Shown here: in pieces, positions 1-12,860 of the stretch
How positions within the stretch are numbered: the first letter of the stretch is position 1
How the letters are laid out: each line of letters begins with the position of its first letter
DNA from: Camelus ferus
Lineage: Eukaryota
Length of the DNA stretch: 64,000 nt
Direction of reading: 5' to 3'
NCBI RefSeq assembly: GCF_009834535.1
Contig: NC_045697.1
Location: forward strand, 107,448,001-107,512,000
Made by a program: the position numbers and the translations under genes
The notes under the pieces: model-generated
The model's database searches: none
Seen by the model: the letters and a program-made list of their open reading frames with translations, nothing else
Told to the model about the DNA's origin: nothing

Positions 1-455
1 ACTGGTTTATCCCTTAAGCGACAGTTCAAAGCAACTCTCTGTCATTCGAACCCTATGTTGGGACCCCTTGAACTGTTCACATAAATTTGCTTACCATCAC
101 TTCCACTAGCCCACTCAGTTCTTATGAACCAAGTTCATGATCAAAATCAGCCCATTCGAGGTTCTTTCTGGTGCTCCCTGATTCCAAGCCTTTTATATCT
201 GCAGCATCTTTCATGTATTCATGATTGTACTCCATATTTTAATAGAGAATGGTTATCCAGTTAAGAAAAAAATGAAGTCTATATAATTCTTATTTATGCT
301 TGTAAATGTATTGTTAATGAGTAGCTGTTGGAAATAATGTCCCTTTTGGGGTATAAGGGTGAGAGGAATAGCAAAAAAGAAACAATCTTTTTTTTGAACA
401 CCTACTTTGCATCACTTTCCATGCACTTAATTTTCAAAAGTAATTTACAAGTAAG

Positions 456-880
456 GCGGATAGAGACAAATTATTCCTAAATATCCATTCTTCCCTTTTT
501 GAAAAGTAATAGAATGCTTGGGCACATGGCTATCTAGCTAAGGTCTACATCTCCCAGCCCCTCCTACAGCTAAGTATGTCAAAGTTATACGAGCAGAGTG
601 GATGTGTGGAACTTGTATATGGTATTATGCAAGTAAAGGAATATGCCTTCCTCTTTGCTTTTTCCTCTCCCTGCTGGATTAAATGTTAACTTTTCATTTG
701 CGCCACACAAATGAAAGTAACATGTAGATGGCAGAATAATCAGAGTGATGAAACCTTTGAAATCTAAGTCCCCAGTAGCATGCAGCTGATGCATCAGCCC
801 TGGACTGTATACTGCTTGGACTGTCACGTAAGTAAGAAATAATTTTCACCTTGTATATGCCACTATTTTTGAAGTCCTGT
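456..880. mobile_element. Degenerate MLT1-type (MaLR) LTR
   Basis: Resembles the MLT1 consensus (gggcacatggct...catctcccagcc...ctggactg...gtaagaaataa); boundaries approximate. Confidence 0.5.
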
Positions 881-1602
881 TATGATTCCTGAATCAAGTT
901 GTTGCTTATCTCCCTGTGCAAGCTACAAGAGTGGTACTCCCTGGAGCTGTGCAACATGGCAGCCTTGAACTCAACTTCCAACTAATAAGTTGTTCCAACT
1001 AACAAGTTCAGAAAGATTAAAAACTTTCCTGAAGTTAAACTGCTATGTGATAAGGTGAGACTGACCTCAGATCTACATGATACCAAATGGTGACAATACT
1101 AGACTCCATGCTAGGTTTTCACTTTGTGAGATGCTGACGTCCCAAAGAAAAGTCCCACTACTTGCAGTCTTACAGTGTGAGGGAAGTGGTTTCAATTCCC
1201 ACCTAAAGCCAGTAACAACAGCTGTGCGGGTACAAAAAAATGTGAGTGTCCCTAGGACGTGTGCTGTTCTTAGTGACAGCAATGGTAATGAGGAACCCTG
1301 TTTGACTGTCGTCCTACTGTACTTCTGTGATGACACTAGTATCACCGTGTACAGATTTAATGTCAGCTGTCCTTCTCAACTCTCTTGCTCTGCTTCCTGG
1401 ATAAGTTCCTTCTTCCTATCTGCCATCCATGCCAAACCACACAGGCTGAGTTAGGCAGGGGAAGCGACTCCAGCAGGAGCAACACTTGAAATTTAACAAG
1501 GTTGAGGGTAGAGAGGTGTTGACGTGAGTGTGAGTGGGCAGCTGAGGAAAAGATAGATAATAAATGTGACATTTATTTTGGAGAGACAGAGAAAAGGAGC
1601 GT

Positions 1603-1812
1603 TAACAGTTACTGAGTCCCACTATGTGCTAATCCCTGTGCTAGGCTTCTAATGTATACTGTGTCATTTGAACTTCACAGTAACCGCAGGAGGTAAGTAT
1701 TTTTCCCACTTGCCAGTGAAAAAACAAAGACAATATAAGGTCACATAGTAGGTGGCAGAGCAATGATGTAAAACCAGGACTGACTTCAAAATCCATGTTC
1801 TTTCCACTGCAT
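1603..1812 (-). mobile_element. MIR SINE
   Basis: Reverse of the MIR core (actatgtgcta...aaggtcacatagtaggtggcagag...ctgacttcaaaatccatgttctttccact). Confidence 0.7.
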
Positions 1813-3109
1813 CTTGTGGCCTTTAAACTTGTAAAGTCCTTTCAAAAACTTTATTTGCTCATTTTCAGATACATCATCTTCCCTATACAACTCGGAAGAG
1901 CATCTTGGTACTGGAAGGTATTTTCCAGGTCTTTAATGTGTCTGGCATGCCCAATAAGACATTCTGCAGCTCTCAGCCAATCCAGCTGATCCTCTGTTGT
2001 GGTGCAGGAAACGGTGCCAACTGGCAACAAGATAAGGAGCTTAAGCCAGAATGCAAATCAGCGTACTACTTCCTTAACAAAGTTTCACTACGGAAAAAAA
2101 CAGTCACCTGAACTTAACAGTGTGTTCAGTGACGTAACTGATTTCATTCTGTCAAAAGCTCTTTATCTCTTTGCCAACTGATAATAGTTTGCTGACCGGT
2201 ACTATTCTGATCACCCAAGGAAATAGAGCACATTTTCCTAATCCCACCTGGGACACCTCTACGAGGAGAACTCACTGCTATATACTATTTTCACTTTCTA
2301 AATAGAAATGAAAGGAGAAAAGACAAATTTCCAAAGAAAATGTGCCATACAAGTCATTCAAGACTAGCATACAAAGAGAGATGTTTAGGACAGTCTCTGC
2401 CTTCTTCCCAGGAGGGGATGGGGTAGGGAAGCATCAATTAAAAAACAAAAATCATTATAATCAAATGTGATTATCCTTGATTCCTCTTTCTCTTCCCATA
2501 CCTATTCATCAGCAAATCTTTTTGGCTCCTATCCTCAAAACATAACCAGAATTTCCACTACGTCCTTCCACCTAGGGCACCTGCACTTCACATGCCCAGA
2601 GGATGTTATCTGCATCTTAGTCTCCATCAGTGGTGTCCTGTTTCCACAGCTCTCCACCCGCCACACGTCCTCCCTACTTCCCTAGACCGAGCTGCCGTTA
2701 CCTGGTTTTAACTTCTCCTTGATTCTACTCTTGCTCTACCACACTGAGCTCTCCACACAGCAGCCAGTGTCACACTGCTGCTCAAAATCTTCCAAGGGCT
2801 TCTCATCCCACACAGAAAAACCCCCAGAGTCCTGACTGCAACCTGAAAGCCCCTATGTTATCTGAATTACATCATTTTCTTTTTAAAAGTGATGGGGGTT
2901 AGGCTGAGTTAGGGACAGGAGAAGCACGGTGAAGGACTGGAATAGTCAGACATGGAGAGAAAGAGGAAGGGGAGCTGACAGGTAAAAGGATCGTCAGAGA
3001 CCCAAGACCCAGCTGAGATGTGACACCGTTAATTTCTAATAGTTTGAGTCTGAAATATGTGGTTTTCTCTAACCATGCCATGAGGGTAGATGGAAGGGAA
3101 GAGAAAATG

Positions 3110-3578
3110 CATGTTAGTTTTTGCTGCAAATCAAATTCTCCCAACACTGAATGACTTAAAACAATGAGCATTTATTATCTGTCGTGATGCTAGGTGTCAG
3201 CTGGGTGGTTCTTCTGTTCTGGGCCAGCTCAGTTGGACTAAAATCATCTGGGATGGCCTTATTCAAACACCTGATGGTTGGGAGGCTGGTTGTTCTGGGG
3301 AGACGTCGGCTGGGACTAGTTATTTCTGCTTCAAATGATCTCTCATTCTCCAGTAAGCTAGCTCAGGCTTCTTAGCTAAGTGGGCTCAGTGTTTTAAAGA
3401 GCAGAAAGAGCAAACCCCATGTATGCCAGCATTTTTTAAGCCATTGCTGAAGTCATAGTCGCTAACGTCCCTGGACTAAAGCAAGTCACGCTATCAAGCC
3501 CACAGTCAACGTGAGAAGGGACAACACAAGGTCACAGGTACAGGGTGGAGTGAAAAACTGGGGGAAATACCACCACAG
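3110..3578. mobile_element. MLT1-type (MaLR) LTR
   Basis: gttagtttttgctgc...gacttaaaacaa...catttattatct...aaagcaagtcac...ccaccaca, typical MLT1 text. Confidence 0.65.
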
Positions 3579-3769
3579 AAGGTAAACCGCACACTGCTCT
3601 AGGCTTAGAGTTTTCAGACAAGGCTCAGGCTACAAGGAAGTACAGAGCTTCAGTGAAAAAGTATGTTGTTCAGATGAACCACCACGGGGTGCAGCTGAGA
3701 AGACAAGGAAGTAAGATCAGGGGTGTTTACAGACTGGGAGAAAACGATGTTAAAACAATTCTGGAACCC

Positions 3770-3970
3770 GTTCCAACATGTGTGTGGAGGGGTGCGTTCC
3801 CACACCAAGAAGCAATTCTTGGACATAAACTAGGTGTCTTACAATTCAACTCAATTCTGACACTATCTCCCCATAGCTAGCTAGACAGCGCTAGGCGGAC
3901 AGGTTACGGGCTCACTCTTACAAGACTGCCTAGCCCCTTCAGATGCCAATCACAATTATGCTTCCTGGGT
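3770..3970. mobile_element. MER21-like LTR fragment
   Basis: cacaccaagaagcaattct...aattcaactcaattctgacactatct...caagactgcc...ttcagatgccaatcacaa. Confidence 0.55.
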
Positions 3971-6770
3971 TTACATCTATATTGAGGATATCTGAAAGAA
4001 TAAGGAACTACAAAATGACATAAATTGAACACATGAAACATATACAACATTATAAACCAATGTTATATCAATAAAAAAAATTTTAGGTGGCAAAAACTGA
4101 AAAAGAACTAAATAGAACTTTCAGAAATAAACAACAGTATTCAAAATTCAAAAAAAATCATTGGATAGATTTAATAGATGAGTCACAGATGGAAAGAAAA
4201 TTAATAAAATAATATTGACACCTTACTAGGTTTGCTGTATTCTGATATTTTTCTCTTCCATTTTATTCTATCTGAATTTTGAGATTCTTAGATGGTTGAG
4301 ACCCAATAAACTGATTTTGTACCTCCCATGCTGTCTTTTTGTTTAATTTAACTAAAACTGATGATTGCATCATTTAATGTGTCAGGGAAATATAATTTTA
4401 TTTTAAAAGCTTTCATTACAATACAAATTTGAAGAGTGAAATCCATACCTCTGACAAATCCCTTAGGTGCTGGTGTCTCCAGAATAAACTAGATGCAGTT
4501 GACTTCAATAATGCCTCCCGGGTGGCTTTCACTTTTGGGCAGAAATAGGAGTCAGACTAGGAAGAATGCAAGCTCAGTTTTCATTCTAGAGTAGGTAGCC
4601 TGGGCGGTCTATAACATTTTCCATTGGGAAAAGTTTAAGCTAGTGAACTGCTATCTAGGTTAACTTAGTCAAGGTTACGATAGGCATAGAATCAATACAG
4701 AGTTTACTAGACTCAGTATTATATTTGTAAGGGCTCACACAGGCACCCCTCACATGTGTGGCTTGCTGTTGCCTACGACAGTGTACCCCTAATAAACTCC
4801 TTTCTATTCTTAAAAAATAAATATATATATTACATTTGGAAGGACTGACTGATTTCCACTGGTCACTAGTATTCACTAATCTGCGATGAGACAAGCAAAG
4901 TAAGGTCTATAGAATTTTTCATAACATTGATTTAAATTAAAAGGGCTGTCTTTTCAAAGGATATGTCTTTTTAAATTTTGGGAGTCAAAATAATATTTTA
5001 AAATGAAATGATGCTGATAGAAAATGGCAGTTGTTTTTGGTTTTGTTTTATAGATTGGTGGAATTTTAAACTTGCAGTCACGTTGGTTCCCAAAATTATT
5101 GTGAAAAATATGGGCTGACCTACAAAGTTCAAAAGACTGGGAACACCACCAACGTTGTCTACTATTACTTATTCATCCAACAGATATTTTGACGGCCCAC
5201 CAGGTGCTAAAAAAAGAGCACAAATAGGAAAATGACTGCATTGTGTGCCCTCCTTACAGTAAGAAAGGGACAAGCTGAATCAATAGTTCTAACAAGTGAA
5301 GTAGTGCCAGGTCTTCTGGGAGCAGGTCTGAGGGAAAGCCTGTTTGTCTGGGGAATCAATCTCTTAGTGAAAGAAGAAATGAAGCTGAGTTGTCTTGAAA
5401 ATGCAGTTATTTGCCTGCTGATGAGGGAAAAGGAATGGAGATAAGAGAAAACCTAGTCCAAGGAATTTTACATAGTTCTAAACGACCAGAGTTGAGGCAT
5501 CCACTAAAGACTGAGACATGGTGAGGATGTAAACGGAGGTGAGGAACTCGAGATAAAAAGGGTTTTGTGGGCTCAGCTTAGGACTTCCATTTTTAAAAAA
5601 TATAATTGTGATAAAATATACATACCATAAAATGTACCACTTTAACCGTTTTTCAGTGAACAGTTCAGTACTAGTGTTTGGTGTAATTACATTGTCGTGA
5701 AATAAGACCTTTGACTTGATCCTGCAAACAACTGAGATTAATGGAAGTCTTGAAAGATTTCAGGACAGGGCTGGAGATTTAGGAGGATTGTTTTAGAAAG
5801 TGAGGGTAGTCGGAGGTAAGGGCTGGAGGCTTGGGAGGACTTCAAGGCTTGTGGGAGCAGGTTTCTGGCTCAGGTACAGGGTTTTTCCCCAGAGGGGAAG
5901 TTGGAGAAGGAAACTCAACATACCACTGTCTGAGTACCAAGCCTGTGTGGGCCAGCATTCCAGGGACTGCACACTTGAAGCCAGCAGGCCACCGCTAGCT
6001 GGGATGTGTATTTCGTTATCCCCTATAATTGAAAAAACAAAACATCTTTTCTTGAAAAATCAAAGTATCTGGCAACACGCGAACCCTAGTCCCTCAGGGA
6101 AACAGTGAGTAGAACTCATTCCATTAAAAAAAACAAAACCAAAACCCCTTTTTATCAATGTATAAGACATTTATAGAAAAGTACACAAATTAAGTGCACA
6201 GCTTGACGGGTGTTCACAAAGCGAACGTGCCCCGCTAACCAGCGCCCGTATGAACAAGCAGAACATGACCAGCATCCCCTCAGTTAAACTGACTGAACCC
6301 TGCTAACAATCTTACGAGATAGAACACATTACTGCCTCCATTTCAGATACGGAAACTGAAGCACTGACAGGTCACGAGGCTAAATATTACTGAAACTAGC
6401 ATATGAACCTAGACTCGCTGTCTTGTCCCAAATCCCACGCTTTTGAGAAGAAACAGGCGCGAACGTGAGACGGTGAGTTCGGCTTTGAAGGACGTCGAGT
6501 GCGCGTCCTCTTCCGCGGAAATTTACTTCCGGGCGTCAGAGCCGCAGAAACCACCACAGCCGCACCTCCTAAGCGCGGCTTCCCGGCCAGAGGCCCGCAG
6601 GTTGCTGCGCAGCCTCCCCACACGTGAGGGCGCTGTCGCAGCTACAGTCTGAGGCGTGCCTCTCTCTGTTGTCGCGATATTCGTGAGGCCGGAAGAACGT
6701 AAGATCGAAGGTCACGTAGACGGCGCGTCCGTCCCCGAACGCCTAAGTTCTCGCGCGAGTTACACTTCCG

Positions 6771-6777
6771 CCCTTTT
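6771..6777 (+). promoter_or_regulatory. RPS3A: TCT-type initiator / 5' terminal oligopyrimidine (TOP) tract
   Basis: CCCTTTT 25 nt upstream of the ATG at 6796, typical of ribosomal protein gene starts. Confidence 0.75.
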
Positions 6778-6795
6778 GGCTCCCTGAGCAGCACC

Positions 6796-6857
6796 ATGGC
6801 GGTTGGCAAGAACAAGCGCCTGACGAAAGGCGGCAAAAAGGGAGCCAAGAAGAAAGT
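6796..6857 (+). CDS. RPS3A: 40S ribosomal protein S3a (eS1), coding exon 1
   Basis: MAVGKNKRLTKGGKKGAKKKV, Kozak caccATGG, donor gtaagt at 6858; 62 nt. Confidence 0.98.
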
Positions 6858-7567
6858 GTAAGTGGTGACTGTTTGCGGCCCCTGCTCTTTGGGGCGCTGT
6901 TGGAGTCGGCGGGCGGGTTCTGGACCGCGGTGTGAGCCGGATGGCGAGGATGTTGGTTGGATTGCGCGGGCCGTGCCGGGTTGGTAAACCCCGAACCGCG
7001 GCCTGGCGGATCTGGTTGCTGCCTTGCGGCAGACCGGCTGCTCTCCCCTTGGCTTTCTGGGCCTTAGTCGCACCTCTTTTGAGTCTGATTGCCCCCGCGA
7101 CTCAAGACTAGCGTGTTCCGTGTTGTGGGCTCACGGGTCTCGTAAATTGCACGGGTAATTGATGCCACCCCAGGAGCTGGAGATGTGAGAGGCGCTTTTC
7201 TTGTCCACACGGAACCCTGCACTCCTCCCCTGCTTGGGCCGGGTGGGACACGGGAGCTCCTAGTAGGCTAGCACGAGACCCCGAAGAGCCCGGGGTGCCA
7301 GTGTGTGTCCTCACGTACCAGTAAAGTTGAAGAGATGTGCACGTTGTTTGGAGGCACTGCTGCTGGTGTGGAAGGACCGATGGGGTGAAGAGTACTTAGG
7401 TGTCATGACGTATTTACCGAGGTGTCAGATCTGCACAGTGTGAAATACAGTGGGATGGGCTAGATTTACCTATGCGCCGCTCGCCTCACTAAGAGGACTA
7501 GTTTTCACCAATGTCTACATTCCAGTTTGCTATTTAATGTAATTAAGATGAGGGAAGTTAAAAATAA

Positions 7568-7792
<225 letters not shown>

Positions 7793-8030
7793 TGAAAGAA
7801 ATGTCAGCTCTTGTTTGAAGCCTCAGCCCCTTTGGGGCTTGTTTCTCGTACACCACTTGTAGAAGCAAGGTGCTGTTTTTATAATTACTAGTAAAATGTG
7901 CATTAATTTTGAGCTTCTAATAAGCACTGTTAGTCATTGGTGTACGTATCAATTTGTTTAACAAAAGTTAAGGTTTTTATAACTTACCATTCATTTTCTA
8001 AGCTTAATGCACGAGCATTATCTTTGCTGA

Positions 8031-8291
<261 letters not shown>

Positions 8292-8649
8292 TAGAGTGCA
8301 TGGTGCTGTGGTGCGTGTGACCGAAGATGTTATGTTTTAATGTCAGGAAGGTGCTTGCTGTGCAGTTGAGGTTTAGATTTCAAGTTCTTGATGTTTTCTT
8401 GCTGTTACTGAGTGGAGTCTGGGATTGACACTCTTGAACTTGAGCAACAGCAGTGAAGCTGTTTAAATTGAGTTCTAGCTTTAGTATTGGGTTATCAGCA
8501 AAGCTTTTTTGCTGCATGGATTAGTGGCTGGTTGAAGAACGTCTCGGTGCAGATTTGCAGTTTTAGTTTTGCCTGCAGAATACCTCTGGACCTCAAAATC
8601 TAGAGAACTTTATAGGGAAAGCATGGATTGGGTTAGTTTTGATTATTGT

Positions 8650-8880
8650 GCTACAGTAGGAGTGATAGAGCCTCTGGTGTGAGATTGAAGTCTTGGCTCC
8701 TTTTCCCAATTATGTTGTCTTTGGAAAGTAACTTAAAGCTTGCTAAGCCCTGGTTTCTTTACCTGTAAAATGTAGGTAAGAGTATTACTCATGGAGTTAA
8801 GAGGATGAAATAAAAGATTCATGTAAACATGCTTAGTACAGTACTTGATACAAAAAGCATTTAGTACATGTTAGTATTAC
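8650..8880 (+). mobile_element. MIR SINE in RPS3A intron 3
   Basis: gtcttggaaagtaacttaa...ctgtaaaatg...gaggatgaaataa...gcttagtacagtacttgatac. Confidence 0.65.
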
Positions 8881-8945
8881 TGCAGGAAATAACTTGGTTT
8901 AGATGTTTCTGACTAACCATCGAGTTTGGGGGTGTTCTGTATGTG

Positions 8946-9022
8946 GGAATGAATGATGACAGAATGTTTCGGTCCCAAATGATACATACTGATTGTACCG
9001 TTACATTTATTTCTGACATTCC
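8946..9022 (+). ncRNA. SNORD73B: C/D box snoRNA U73 (SNORD73B-like) in RPS3A intron 3
   Basis: Box C ATGATGA 8953-8959, guide GTTTCGGTCCCA 8966-8977, D' ATGA 8979-8982, box D CTGA 9013-9016, terminal stem GGAATG/CATTCC. U73 snoRNAs are known to be hosted by RPS3A introns. Confidence 0.9.
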
Positions 9023-9716
9023 TCTAAGGTTTTATAGTTGCATTTCTGAAAATATTTTAAGGCCCTTTCACTATAATTGTATTATATTCATTTGTTAAGC
9101 TAAGGTATAAAATTTACAAAATGCAAAGATGGCGTTTCAATTTTTGTTGCTACAGATAGTTTCGGTTTTTGAATTTAGGTCGTAATATTAATTAGGGATT
9201 CCTAAAAATTGTACTTTAGCTGTGAAATTGAATATTTAATCCTCAGCATGGCTTTAGTGTTACTACACTATTTCAACTACTTAGAACACCTTTTCCTAAA
9301 AAGATGGAATAGGTGTATATGCCAAAATGAGATTCTCTTAGAACCTATTTTTATTTCATCTTTCACAGTTAAGGGATTGGGGGAGGAGCAGGTCGGCATG
9401 TGTCTGTATAAGGCATGTATATGTAAAAGGGTGGGAGCTATTGAGGTAGGGATAGGAATAGAGAAGTTACCCAGAGAGGAGGGAAGACTGCTGAGAGGTC
9501 TCAGTATTTATTTAGATACAACAGATAGTAAGAATTTGGGGTAGCTTGGTGAGTTCACTTCAAGGAGGCAAATTCTGTAAATAGTCATTTATATGATCAT
9601 CCTTAATACTGTGTATTGACTACTTGACCTTCCAGCTTATTTTTAAATTAGAATTTGAGGGATAAAGTTGATAACATTAAATCCTGGTATACCTGGCAGT
9701 ATCTTTTTTTCACTAG

Positions 9717-9926
<210 letters not shown>

Positions 9927-10176
9927 TAAGTAATGCAGCCCTCAGATGAGAGAAAGCATATGAGACAAAGTGAGGTCAGACTCGTGTTTAAATTGTCTGT
10001 GAAACCATCTAGCTGCATCTCTTGAAATGAAAGCATGTTAAATGTTCAGTTATTTGATGGTTTATCTTTTTTTTGGATGAAGCTCTCCTGGAACTTAGTG
10101 CGATTTGAAGCGCCTTGTTTTTGCCTTAATTAGAAAAAATACACTGAATAGATAAACCCTTCACGATTAGTAATGT

Positions 10177-10258
10177 ATGGGAATAAGTGATGACAAAATG
10201 TTTCGGTCCCAGATGATGTCTGATGATAAAACTGTTAACATTTTTCTGATGTTCCCAT
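10177..10258 (+). ncRNA. SNORD73A: C/D box snoRNA U73 (SNORD73A-like) in RPS3A intron 4
   Basis: Box C GTGATGA 10187-10193, guide GTTTCGGTCCCA 10200-10211, D' ATGA 10213-10216, C' TGATGA 10221-10226, box D CTGA 10246-10249, terminal stem ATGGGAATA/TGTTCCCAT. Confidence 0.92.
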
Positions 10259-10422
10259 GCAGTTGGCTAAGATGGGTGTAACGGAAAAGCCATAAGGCTC
10301 GGTCTCAGAAGTCTCAAGTGATAATTTTGTTACTGACTAGCTGTATAATTCAGATCATTTAACCTTCACTTGTGAAGGGGCAATAACAGAATGAGGATTA
10401 TTGTGAATTAAATGAGGTGTAG

Positions 10423-10569
<147 letters not shown>

Positions 10570-10655
10570 TGAGAGGTCATGGGGTTCCTGAAAGAAAAAA
10601 TTGTGTGTATGAACACGCTGGTCCTTTTTTTCCCTGTCATGCTACATAGGATTGA

Positions 10656-10835
<180 letters not shown>

Positions 10836-10858
10836 AATGCAGACTTTTAATGGTGACA

Positions 10859-10864
10859 AATAAA
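10859..10864 (+). terminator. RPS3A: RPS3A polyadenylation signal
   Basis: AATAAA about 24 nt after the stop, followed by GT/T-rich downstream sequence. Confidence 0.9.
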
Positions 10865-11117
10865 AGATTTTATTTGTGATGTTTTATTTCTGACAATTCT
10901 CTTTTGATCATCTGACAGTTTGTGGAATCAGATGTCTGATTCGAAGGTAATATGACCTTTTCTGACCTTTTGTGTGGATTTTATTCATTGCTTGGGTTAC
11001 TCAGTAGCTGAGGAAAATGTAATGATCTGTTTTAAGCTAGAATGATCTGGAAGTGTTATAGATGGTTAATAAAAGGAAACCCCCCCCTTTTTTTTTTAAC
11101 ATGGCTTAAGTTTTTAA

Positions 11118-11269
11118 GGTGGTTCTCAAGTCATTTGGAAGTATTATTAAAGTGTTGCAGGGGCCTGCCCCCAGTGTCCTATTTAATAGTTCTAGGGTGG
11201 GGTGTGAAATTTTTTAAACAAATTTTCAGGTGATACTGACGGCCACGGACCATACTTTGTGAACCACTG
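11118..11269. mobile_element. MER5A-like hAT DNA transposon remnant
   Basis: gtggttctcaa...agggtggggt...aacaaattttcaggtgatactga...gaccatactttgtgaaccactg, with terminal inverted similarity. Confidence 0.6.
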
Positions 11270-11599
11270 TATTAGACTGTAATGGAAAGGGAAGAGCTCA
11301 TTGGCATTTTAAGTTTTTGTTTCTTTGTGTGTGTAAAAACTGTGCTGTCTTTTTTCCTCTTGCTGTTAATATCCCACTGTATACCTTCATGGTCAAGCTG
11401 AAATTGACAGAGAAAGAGAAATGGGTTATTGGTCTCCTATTAAGTGGGCATTTAATGCTGCCCACTCTCCAGTATTTGCTCCTAGTCACCCACCCATTCT
11501 GTTTTATATCCCCTCTCCCCTGAGAACTGTTCTCATGCTCAGGTCAGCTGATGACCTTATTTCTTGAGAAAGGATGAGAAGAGAACCTCACATTCCTGT

Positions 11600-12860
11600 T
11601 ATTTTCACACTGCCATCTGCTTGTGTCCATATTTTCTGCCTTTCCTTCTTGTCGCTGGGACAATGATCATCAGCTCCCTTCTCTTGGCTTGTCAAGTTTT
11701 GGGTCCATCAACTCTCACCTTCGTCAGTTTTCTTCCACCAGTCCCATCAAGCATACAGGCATCCTCTATCTAGGTATCACTGACTCACACCCCCTAGAAG
11801 AATTAACCGTATTTCTCATATTTACTTTTCTTGAACCTGTTGCAGTTGGGCTTTTTTTCCTCCCACACCACTGTAAGGAGTCTTGCTATCAGAATTGCCA
11901 GATTTGCTGTGTTGAGTGGTTCATTTTGGCCTTCATTTTACTTTACCTCTACTAGTGCCATTTGACAGTGGATTTTCTCCTGTTTTAACCTGTCTTCTGG
12001 AATTTCACCTCAAAGTTCCTCTCACATTGCTGGCTACTGTCCTCCACTAGTTCGTTTGAGGCCTTAGTGTTGGAGAGCCCTAGGGCTTAGTCCTTGAACA
12101 TTTACCAGTACTCGATACTATTTAATTTCTTGGTTTTAAATAAACTGACTTCCAGATTCTTACTTCTCTAGTCTATACCTTCGAACTCCAGGCTTCCTTG
12201 TCCAACTGCCTGCTCGGTATCTTCATTAGATACCACAGGCATTTAACATGTCTAAAATAGTATTCCCGAACGCAACAATTTTACCCACCCTTCTATTTTA
12301 GACCAAAATCCTCTGTAGTCATCCTTGACCACAGTTCATTCAAAATACGTCTGGAATTTAACCAATTCTTACTACTGCAGCTGCTGTCACTTTGGAGCAA
12401 GTCATTACCACCTGGATTGTTGTTACCTTTATGGTCTCCCTTTGTCATGTCGTCCCCCCCCCCCCTTTGTGGAAGTTTATTATAGATGATCAGTTCACCC
12501 AAAAAGTCCCATGTGATCTTGCCTCTGACCTGTCACTACCACTTCCTTACTCTCTTAGCCAGACTGTCCTCCCTGTCCCTGGATAAGGTAGGTACATTCT
12601 TACCTGAGCGCTTTGGCACTTGTTTCCCTGTGCTTGGAATACTCTTCACTTGGATGGCCAGAGCTTCTCTTCTAACTTAAGTCAGTAGACCTTGCTGATG
12701 GTTCATCCTATTAAAAACCCTACCTTTCAGGTTTTTTTCTCTCCCTATAGTTTGACTTTTGGCTACTAGAGAAATTCCATGACGTTAGTTCTTTGTTTTG
12801 GTCGGGTTCACTGCTAAACCCTCCAGTGCCTGGAGAAGTTCAGTATTTGTTGAATAACAG
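11600..12860. mobile_element. Degenerate L2 LINE fragments
   Basis: Pyrimidine-rich L2-like text (ccaactgcctgctc...catttaacatgtctaaa...gtcatccttgac...cagtgcctgg...atttgttgaat). Confidence 0.55.

Larger units (their letters stand above)
6440..7330. promoter_or_regulatory. RPS3A: CpG island / RPS3A promoter with ETS(GABP)-type CCGGAAG/CTTCCG motifs
   Basis: High GC and CpG density spanning exon 1. ACTTCCGG at 6525-6532, CCGGAAG at 6689-6695, CACTTCCG at 6763-6770, palindrome CTCGCGCGAG at 6750-6759. Confidence 0.85.

Noticed and set aside
6396..7314. Antisense and overlapping ORFs (69-143 aa) around RPS3A exon 1
   Set aside because: Expected from GC-rich, stop-poor CpG-island sequence; no recognisable protein.
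10876..10916. Third C/D snoRNA after RPS3A (GTGATGT...CTGA)
   Set aside because: Imperfect C box, no terminal stem, not intronic, and it overlaps the polyA cleavage region.
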